A DNA stretch of 21,838 nt from Fibrobacterota bacterium (GTDB lineage Bacteria > Fibrobacterota > Fibrobacteria > UBA11236). The stretch lies in the NCBI GenBank assembly GCA_043753995.1, contig JAYUVP010000337.1, positions 1-21,838 of the forward strand. The letters run 5' to 3'. The notes under the pieces are model-generated. The model worked only from the letters and a program-made list of their open reading frames with translations, had not been told where the DNA came from and searched no databases. Shown piece by piece: positions 1 through 6,468 of the stretch (the stretch's first letter is position 1; every line of letters begins with the position of its first letter). Position numbers and translations under genes: made by a program.

Positions 1-362
1 AGTCTCGCGAAGAGATGCCCACGCACGCGATAAGCACGCACCATTTGGTCGGCCTTGTCCTGCAAAGACGCTGCATCGCCCGCCGCGGGTTCCCTGGCCG
101 AGAAAGGCCCCGGCGGAATTTGCCTTGGGGCCAACTGGGGCTGAGCTTGAAAGGCCGCGTCGAGCGGATCTTTTTGCCATTGGAGAAAAGTCGCTCGCCA
201 GCCCTCGGGCACGCTGGCCGGATCTTTTAAAAATTCCGCATAGAGGGCTTCAACATAGGGCAGATTATTTGCGAGAGCGGCGGGACTGAGATCGTTTGTG
301 ATAGGAAATCCGGAGGTCAAAGGAGGTCTCGAATTAAGGTTTGAAAAGGAGTCAGAATCCAC
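1..362 (-). CDS. sucA: 2-oxoglutarate dehydrogenase E1 subunit, N-terminal part (runs off the window edge)
   Basis: Manual translation of the - strand gives ...NNLPYVEALYAEFLKDPASVPEGWRATF...LQDKADQMVRAYRVRGHLFAR, which matches the two conserved SucA N-terminal motifs (YxExLYxxxLxDPxSV..W and IxAYRxRGH). The start is uncertain: GTG at 371 or 362, or TTG at 320. Confidence 0.9.
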   Translation of the reverse strand, partial: MDSDSFSNLNSRPPLTSGFPITNDLSPAALANNLPYVEALYAEFLKDPASVPEGWRATFLQWQKDPLDAAFQAQPQLAPRQIPPGPFSAREPAAGDAASLQDKADQMVRAYRVRGHLFAR

Positions 363-493
363 GAAAGGCACCTTGACCGGGGAGCAAAAAACCCGGTTTT
401 GCCAATTCGTCCATTTTACTAAGCTCCGGGTGCGCGGTAAAGTGGGGAAATGGCCATACTTTTGGTCTTTTGACCTAGACGCGCGGTGGCCCC

Positions 494-859
494 ATGCAAG
501 ACTACTTACTTCCCAGCGAAGATGACGCTTTACTCGAAGAATGCGAGGTCGAGACCTTTCGCGCCGGCGGCAAGGGCGGCCAGCATGTCAACAAAACCGA
601 AAGCGCGGTGCGTTTAAGGCATTTGCCCACGGGAGTCATCATTGTCTGCCAAGACGATCGTAGCCAACTCCAAAATCGCCGTATCGCCCTGGAAAGGCTG
701 CGCGAACGCCTCGTCAAGCTCCTCACCAAGCCCAAGGTGCGCTATGCCACCAAAAAGCCTCGCTCCGCCAAAAGGGCCGTCCGCAAGGAAAAAAAGCTGA
801 ACTCGGCGAAAAAGCGGGATCGAGGTTCGGGCGGTTGGAGCGGTGGTGAGGACGCGTGA
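494..859 (+). CDS. arfB: ArfB/YaeJ-like peptidyl-tRNA hydrolase (stand-alone RF-1 GGQ domain; ribosome rescue)
   Basis: [33 protein letters not shown], and a basic C-terminal tail [14 protein letters not shown] that fits RxxxKxxxSxxKxxR; 121 aa. Confidence 0.85.
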   Translation: MQDYLLPSEDDALLEECEVETFRAGGKGGQHVNKTESAVRLRHLPTGVIIVCQDDRSQLQNRRIALERLRERLVKLLTKPKVRYATKKPRSAKRAVRKEKKLNSAKKRDRGSGGWSGGEDA

Positions 860-860
860 A

Positions 861-1161
861 GGGGGACGCCCCCTACGGCCGAGCCTCCGTGGCGCTAGGT
901 GTGAATCGTCTGACGTTCCAGGTTCGCAAAAGGCTCGCGGGTCCTCGGCCGTTTCACGGCCTGCGGAGCGAGCCTTTTGCGAACCTTTCACCGCCGATTC
1001 ACAGCAACCGGCCTCGGGATTCGGCGCGGGGACTTCCCAGGCCTGTTTCGCGCCAGGTGGATTCGCCCTGGAGATTGCCCCACGGGGTCTCCCCCTACCC
1101 CAAGGCAAGCGGGGGAGGGCCCCCGCAACGCCCCCCCGGCTTTGGGCTCTCCCCTTGCTTT
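861..1161. repeat. GC-rich multi-hairpin intergenic element (REP/MITE-like, or structured RNA)
   Basis: Perfect 19-bp inverted repeat AGGTTCGCAAAAGGCTCGC (920-938) / GCGAGCCTTTTGCGAACCT (968-986). Inner hairpin GGCCGT-TTC-ACGGCC (947-961). Outer arms TGTGAATCG (900-908) / CGATTCACA (995-1003). Two G4-5-NNN-CCCCCTAC units (861-876, 1084-1098). A further imperfect stem at about 1107-1160. Confidence 0.6.
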
Positions 1162-1218
1162 AGGTGGCTGTGACCTCGGGTACGCTGGGGAAGTGGGTTT
1201 CTATTTACCTATGCTCCC

Positions 1219-3117
1219 ATGAGTTCTAGTTCTCAGGATGCGGTTTCCGCTTCAACCGCTGAAGCCGCAGCTCCCCCGCGCATTCAGGAAAGCCTTTTGC
1301 TCACGGCCTTGAGCCGAACCTTTGGATACAGTTCGTTTCGGCCGCATCAGCGTGAAATCGTCGAGAGCATTTTGTCGGGGCAGGATGTGCTGGCCATTAT
1401 GCCTACGGGCGGTGGCAAGTCTTTGTGTTATCAGCTTCCAGCGCGTATGGCGCGGGGCACTGCCGTGGTGATCAGTCCCTTGATTTCGCTCATGAAGGAT
1501 CAAGTGGATTCTGCGCTGGAAAACAATATGGTGGCGGCGTATATCAATAGCTCTTTGTCCTCGCCGCAAGCCATCAGCGTTTATAGGCAATTGCGCGAGG
1601 GCAAACTCGATTTGCTTTATATCTCGCCCGAGCGCTTCGCCATGGAATCCTTTCTCGCCACCTTGAAAGAATCGCCGATTTCTTTTTTCGCGGTCGATGA
1701 AGCGCATTGCCTTTCGGAATGGGGCCATGATTTCCGTCCCGATTATTTAACGCTTTCGCAAATCCGCAAGCATTTTCCCAAATCGCCCATCGCCGCTTTC
1801 ACGGCCACCGCCACCTTGCAAGTGCAGCAAGACATTTTAGGCAAGCTCGCCTTGCGCAAGCCGCTGCAAGTACGTGCTTCTTTCAATCGGCCCAATCTCT
1901 ATTATGAGGTGCGGCCCAAGCGCGAAGTGAATGCGCAAATACTCGACTTTCTGCGCGAACATCCCGAAGAGCCAGGCATTATTTATCGCACCACGCGCGA
2001 TAACGTGGAAAAAACCGCGGAGTACTTATCGGCTAAAGGCATCAAGTCCCTGCCTTATCACGCCGGCCTGCCGGCGTCGGAGCGTGCCGCGAATCAAGAG
2101 GCCTTCAGCCGCGACGAAGTGCAAATCGTGGTGGCCACCATTGCCTTCGGCATGGGCATAGACAAAAGCAATGTGCGCTTCGTCATTCATGCCGATCTCT
2201 CGAAGAATGTCGAAGGCTATTATCAGGAAACCGGGCGAGCGGGCCGCGACGGCGATCCCTCCTTATGCGTTTTGTTTTTCGGCGGCGGGGATATACCGAA
2301 GCTGCGGCATTTCCTGGAACAGATGCAAAATGACGGGGAACGCGAGTTGGCCTTGGCCAAGCTGCAGAAAATGGCCGAATTCGCCACGCGCAATATTTGC
2401 CGTCGTCGTCAATTGCTCGAGTATTTCGAAGAGGTTTTCCCGGAAGCGAATTGCGGTAGCTGCGACATTTGCGTGGGCAAGGCTTCCAAAGTCGATGCGA
2501 CCCAACCCGCGCAAATGGTCTTGTCGGCCATTTCCCGCACGGGTTCGCGTTTCGGAGCCGGTCATATCACCGACATCCTGATGGGTGCAGACACGCAAAA
2601 GATTCGTGATCTCGGTCACGATAAAATCAAAACCTATGGCGTGGGTAAACATCATGACAAGGGCTTTTGGCGCGCCTTGATTGGCGACATGTTGGGACGC
2701 GGCATCGTGGAAGTCGAGCCCGGCCCCTATCCCGTGCTCAGGCTCACCGAAGCCTGCTTGCCTCTATTGCAAGGCAAGGAAACCTTTGAAATCTTGGAAA
2801 TGGGTCGCAGCGAGACGGGCACGAAAAATGGCAAGGGTACCCCTACGGGTCGGCCTTCCTTTGGGGCCAAAACCGAAGACATGAATGGCCCCGAAGCGGC
2901 GCTTTTCGCTCGCCTCAAAGTTTTGCGTAAGGAGCTAGCGCAAAAGCAGGGCTTGCCGCCTTATATGGTTTTTTCCGATAAAACCCTGCATGAAATGTGC
3001 CGTCACAAGCCGGTGACCTTGTCGGCCTTTCGCGAAATTTCCGGTGTCGGCGATGCCAAGCGCGATCGCTATGGCGATGAATTCGTTCAGGAAATTCGCG
3101 ACTTTGAGAATGCCTGA
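1219..3117 (+). CDS. recQ: ATP-dependent DNA helicase RecQ
   Basis: FGYSSFRPHQ, MPTGGGKSLCYQLP, DEAHC, SEWGHDFRPDY, ATIAFGMGIDK, YYQETGRAGRDG, Zn-binding CRR...CGSCDIC, winged-helix region and C-terminal HRDC (LPPYMVFSDKTL). Confidence 0.98.
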   Translation: MSSSSQDAVSASTAEAAAPPRIQESLLLTALSRTFGYSSFRPHQREIVESILSGQDVLAIMPTGGGKSLCYQLPARMARGTAVVISPLISLMKDQVDSALENNMVAAYINSSLSSPQAISVYRQLREGKLDLLYISPERFAMESFLATLKESPISFFAVDEAHCLSEWGHDFRPDYLTLSQIRKHFPKSPIAAFTATATLQVQQDILGKLALRKPLQVRASFNRPNLYYEVRPKREVNAQILDFLREHPEEPGIIYRTTRDNVEKTAEYLSAKGIKSLPYHAGLPASERAANQEAFSRDEVQIVVATIAFGMGIDKSNVRFVIHADLSKNVEGYYQETGRAGRDGDPSLCVLFFGGGDIPKLRHFLEQMQNDGERELALAKLQKMAEFATRNICRRRQLLEYFEEVFPEANCGSCDICVGKASKVDATQPAQMVLSAISRTGSRFGAGHITDILMGADTQKIRDLGHDKIKTYGVGKHHDKGFWRALIGDMLGRGIVEVEPGPYPVLRLTEACLPLLQGKETFEILEMGRSETGTKNGKGTPTGRPSFGAKTEDMNGPEAALFARLKVLRKELAQKQGLPPYMVFSDKTLHEMCRHKPVTLSAFREISGVGDAKRDRYGDEFVQEIRDFENA

Positions 3118-3541
3118 AATCGCGAAACCGGAAACCGGCTTGATGCCGCGCCCGCCTTGGGCTCCGCGCTTTCGCTTCGGTTTTTTCGATGCTCTGTTGA
3201 TTGCCGCCGTGCTCGGCGCCAGCGCCTGGACATGGCCTTTGCTTATGGCGGGCCCGGGACAGGAGGCCGTGGTGATGATAGACGGCAAGGCCGAAGCGCG
3301 ATTGCAATTATCCGGTGGCACCCGGCAAATGAAGGTGACGGGGCGCCTGGGTCCCATGCTTTTGGAATATGGCGAAAGCGGCGTGCGCGTTGTAGCTGCG
3401 CCTTGTCCCAATCAAATCTGCGTGCACCAGAGTTGGGTGAAGCGCGCTGGCGCGCGTATCACCTGCCTGCCTTCGCATATGGTGATAGCCTTGAGCGGCC
3501 AAAGCAGCCAGGGAAGGGCTCCCGATGGCATCACGTATTAA
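3110..3541 (+). CDS. NusG domain II (DUF1312 / EetA-like) membrane-anchored protein
   Basis: N-terminal TM helix (DALLIAAVLGASAWTWPLLM) and signature GVRVVAAPCPNQICVHQSWV...ITCLPSHMVI. The ATG at 3110 overlaps the recQ stop (ATGCCTGA) and is preferred to the ORF-track start at 3044. Confidence 0.85.
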   Translation: MPEIAKPETGLMPRPPWAPRFRFGFFDALLIAAVLGASAWTWPLLMAGPGQEAVVMIDGKAEARLQLSGGTRQMKVTGRLGPMLLEYGESGVRVVAAPCPNQICVHQSWVKRAGARITCLPSHMVIALSGQSSQGRAPDGITY

Positions 3542-4655
3542 GGGCTCCCCGCCCGATGCGGCGACGATTGCCGCTTGTCTTGTGCTGGCTTGCGCCTTGC
3601 AATTGGCGGAAAACCTTTTGCCCAAGTTTCCGCTTTTCCCGTGGATGAAATTGGGCCTTTCGCATTTGGTGCTTTTGCCTTTTCTATTGCGCTTCGGGGC
3701 TGGACCGGCCATAGCCCTGACCGTGAGTCGTACCGTATTGATTTGGATGGTTGCGGGCACGCCGTTATCCACCATGATGGTGGCCTTGGCGGCAGGCTTG
3801 GTGTCACTCACCTTGGTGGGTGTATGCCTAAGGCCTCTCGCGCATTGGGGCCTTCTAGGTTGGGTTGGCCTCAGCGTGGCTTCGGCAACCCTCCACAATA
3901 TCACGCAATTGGTGGCGGTGGAATTTCTCTTGGTCGATCATGCGGGCTTTTATTTTCAGCTCACGCCGCTTTTGCTTTGGTCGGCGGTGTCGGGGGCTTT
4001 CATGGCTTTATTGGCCGCGGCGGCCCTTCCTTTTTGGATGCAGCTTTTCGATGGGCCGGCCACGGGTGCGATGTTTTCCAATGCGGCTAGGCAAATACCC
4101 GCCCAAGTCGGCACGGTTTGGAATATTCGCAATAAGATCGCCTTTTTCGCCTGCCTGTTCCTGCTTTCGGCTATCCTGGTTTCACCCGATTTTCGCTGGC
4201 AATCGGCGCTTTGGGCTGTCTTAGTTGTGCTGGCGCTTTGGCCACGACCGGGTTTCCCATGGCGCAAACGATTTCGCGCCACCTTCAAACCCATGTGGGC
4301 GACATGGCCGTTTTTGATTTTTCTGGCCTGGCTACATCTATTTCATGGCGAAGGGCATTTGATTGGCTTCGCGGGCTTGACCCACGAAGGTGTGCAAGAC
4401 TTTGCCTTGCATGTTTTGCGCTTGCTTAATCTTGTGGCGCTAGGGCCGCGCCTCTTGCAAAGCTTTCCCCGTCATTTATTGGAGCGCTCCGCTTCGCCTT
4501 ATGCGCGGGCTTTATTGCTGGCCTTACCCGCCTTGACGGGATTGCCAAGCGCGGTTCCGGCAGCTGCGCGTCAACTTTGGTTGGCTTGGCGCAAGGGAGG
4601 CAGCCTGGGCTTTGCCGATGGCCTGTCGGTTTTCGCGGCCAAGGTCATGCCCTAA
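3525..4655 (+). CDS. Gx transporter family (Hpre_diP_synt_I / EetB-like) domain fused to an EcfT/CbiQ-like membrane domain
   Basis: N-half: ALQLAENLLPKFPLFPWMKLGLSH...GLSVASATLHNITQL, matching the Gx family pattern. C-half from about 4119: WNIRNKIAFF...PMWATWPFLIFLAWLHLFHGEG...LTHEGVQDFALHVLRL, resembling the EcfT N-terminal helices. Overlaps the upstream gene. Confidence 0.75.
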   Translation: MASRIKGSPPDAATIAACLVLACALQLAENLLPKFPLFPWMKLGLSHLVLLPFLLRFGAGPAIALTVSRTVLIWMVAGTPLSTMMVALAAGLVSLTLVGVCLRPLAHWGLLGWVGLSVASATLHNITQLVAVEFLLVDHAGFYFQLTPLLLWSAVSGAFMALLAAAALPFWMQLFDGPATGAMFSNAARQIPAQVGTVWNIRNKIAFFACLFLLSAILVSPDFRWQSALWAVLVVLALWPRPGFPWRKRFRATFKPMWATWPFLIFLAWLHLFHGEGHLIGFAGLTHEGVQDFALHVLRLLNLVALGPRLLQSFPRHLLERSASPYARALLLALPALTGLPSAVPAAARQLWLAWRKGGSLGFADGLSVFAAKVMP

Positions 4656-4679
4656 ACGCTTCGGAGCCTTGAGGGCAAT

Positions 4680-5717
4680 TTAAAACTCGAACTTGACTCG
4701 GCCCTGCCATACATTGGCGCTAAACCCGACCGATTTCCAATAGCGGAAATACAGAACGCTGAGGGTGGTTCCGGTCAAGAAGTCGACATTCGGATGCTTT
4801 TCACCTAGGCCACGTAACATCCAATTGCATTCGCCTTCGATGGTATTGGCCTCGAATGCCTGTAATTTTGGATCGCTGGTATAGAATTTGGCACCCGACT
4901 GTGCGTAATACCGGTAGCCTGGTGTGAGTATCACATTCTTGCCTAGGTATTTACTGAAGCTCATTTGCAAGGTATTCGATTGAATGGCCCAGTCATCCCA
5001 GTAATAGCGATAATTGCCTAATATGGCTCCATTCACGCGGGTGAGATAGCGGTTGATTTCCACCCAACCTGCCTGACGCCAACGAATACTGGGATGATTG
5101 TCCTTTCGATAGGGGTCGGACAAAAATCCTTGATCCCGTATGCCGTCGCCGCCGAAACGTAAAACCATGGCGGGTGAAAGCAATTGGGAGAAGGCGAGAT
5201 TGACTTGATGGCTTTCCTTGAAGCGATTGATGAGTCCACCGGCTTCGGGAATTTCACCCACGGAATCCATGGTGTATTGGCCACGCAGTTCTACAGTGAA
5301 GTTTTTTTGAAACATTTCCTGTTTAATCGAACCAATCACGGCATTCGAGAAATAGTCGGTTTCGCGGCTTTGATAAAAATTGCCCGTAATGGAAGTGTTA
5401 TCACCTAGGCCTTGTTCCAAACCGATAATGATTTGCCCGCGATTTTTGCGAAAAGGTTCGCTCTTATGCCTAGCAGGACGTGAGGCGCCGGAGGTGGCAT
5501 CGCTGAGTCGAGGCGGCACAAAGGTTTGGTCCATTTCAATGTCGAGTAAAAGCATGGCGCGATGCCACAACGATTCAGCCAAATTGAAGGACGTCCCATT
5601 GACGGAGACACCATTAGCATCGTCGAATTTATAGAGGCTATACTCCAATTGATCGGCTTGAGTGGCCTGATTCGCGAGAGCCAGGGTCACTGCCAAAATC
5701 GCCCCAACTTTTTTCAT
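4680..5717 (-). CDS. DUF3570 family outer-membrane protein
   Basis: Signal peptide MKKVGAILAVTLALA, DATSGASR, ETDYFS, GFLSDPYR, YRYYWDDWAIQSNTL, YRYYAQSGAKFY, C-terminal KFEF. The ATG at 5717 overlaps the upstream stop (ATGA). Confidence 0.85.
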   Translation of the reverse strand: MKKVGAILAVTLALANQATQADQLEYSLYKFDDANGVSVNGTSFNLAESLWHRAMLLLDIEMDQTFVPPRLSDATSGASRPARHKSEPFRKNRGQIIIGLEQGLGDNTSITGNFYQSRETDYFSNAVIGSIKQEMFQKNFTVELRGQYTMDSVGEIPEAGGLINRFKESHQVNLAFSQLLSPAMVLRFGGDGIRDQGFLSDPYRKDNHPSIRWRQAGWVEINRYLTRVNGAILGNYRYYWDDWAIQSNTLQMSFSKYLGKNVILTPGYRYYAQSGAKFYTSDPKLQAFEANTIEGECNWMLRGLGEKHPNVDFLTGTTLSVLYFRYWKSVGFSANVWQGRVKFEF

Positions 5718-5965
5718 TTGGCGCAACCGCAACCTCCGCCGATACCGCTGCCGCCGCCCGCCGAGCCTTCTTGCGTCGAGTAAAATTTTTGCTTCAAGGT
5801 TTGCTTGCCGACATGGGAAGACGCGTTCATAATGGGGTCGGACAATTTTTCCCGCTCATACGGTTTCACTGTCGCGCAACCGATAAAAAACGCAGCGGCC
5901 AAAAAACTCCAGGCGAACAGCAAATAAAAACGGGTTTTGGTTTTATTGGCGATGTCGGCTTTCAT
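5714..5965 (-). CDS. DUF4266 family small lipoprotein
   Basis: Lipobox FIGC, then ATVKPYEREKLSDPIM, and C-terminal EGSAGGGSGIGGGCGC. Lies between TlpA and DUF3570, the usual arrangement. Confidence 0.9.
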   Translation of the reverse strand: MKADIANKTKTRFYLLFAWSFLAAAFFIGCATVKPYEREKLSDPIMNASSHVGKQTLKQKFYSTQEGSAGGGSGIGGGCGCAK

Positions 5966-6468
5966 GGAGCTTCCTTCATGAGCACTTGCAATTCGATTTT
6001 AATGCGCGCCAAATCCTTGACCGAATAACCATCATGACGGAAACGCAAAACACCCTTGCGATCGATAAGTAAGGCCGTGGGCATGCCATCAACGCCGAAA
6101 TGCTCGGCCACCTTGCCGGCGGAATCGAGCAGGGTCACCAGGCCTTGGGGATCGCTGTTCGCGAGAAAGCGGCGGGCCTTGGCGATTTCTTCGTCTTCGC
6201 TAATGGCTAAAAAGACCGCGGAGGGCAATTCGGATTTAAGGCGGCGCAGTTCGGGTAGGCTTTTCTTGCAAGGTGCGCACCAACTGGCCCAAAAGTCGAT
6301 CAACACCACTTGGCCCTTAAAGGCCGAGAGGCGAATGACATCGTTTTTGGAGAGGCCTTGCAATTGAAAATCCCCAGCACTTTGCCCAATGGGCATGGGT
6401 GCCGCGAATAAGCCGCTCGCTAAAAGAGCGGCGGCGAGAATAAGCCCAGAACCCGATTTCAAATTCAT
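5962..6468 (-). CDS. TlpA/ResA-family exported thiol-disulfide oxidoreductase
   Basis: KGQVVLIDFWASWCAPCKKSLP and GMPTALLIDRKG; signal peptide after MNLKSG. The ATG at 6468 overlaps the upstream TGA (TGATG). Confidence 0.92.
   Translation of the reverse strand: MNLKSGSGLILAAALLASGLFAAPMPIGQSAGDFQLQGLSKNDVIRLSAFKGQVVLIDFWASWCAPCKKSLPELRRLKSELPSAVFLAISEDEEIAKARRFLANSDPQGLVTLLDSAGKVAEHFGVDGMPTALLIDRKGVLRFRHDGYSVKDLARIKIELQVLMKEAP

Noticed and set aside
878..1025. 6S RNA or a CRISPR array
   Set aside because: There is no repeat-spacer periodicity. The rod shape is 6S-like, but the bubble is small and I cannot recognise conserved 6S sequence; an Rfam search is needed.
614..1222. ORFs 614-1108, 843-1163, 856-1173 and 977-1222 across the arfB-recQ gap
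   Set aside because: Pro/Arg/Gly-rich translations in several frames are explained by the GC-rich palindromic DNA; none has protein-like motifs.
3110..4655. Literal functions as transcription factor NusG and heptaprenyl diphosphate synthase
   Set aside because: No NusG NGN/KOW domains and no DDxxD prenyltransferase motifs; these are historical family names for membrane-associated proteins.
4656..4679. Intrinsic terminators at the convergent junctions (here and at 13309-13312)
   Set aside because: No convincing stem-loop plus U-tract; the second gap is only 4 bp.
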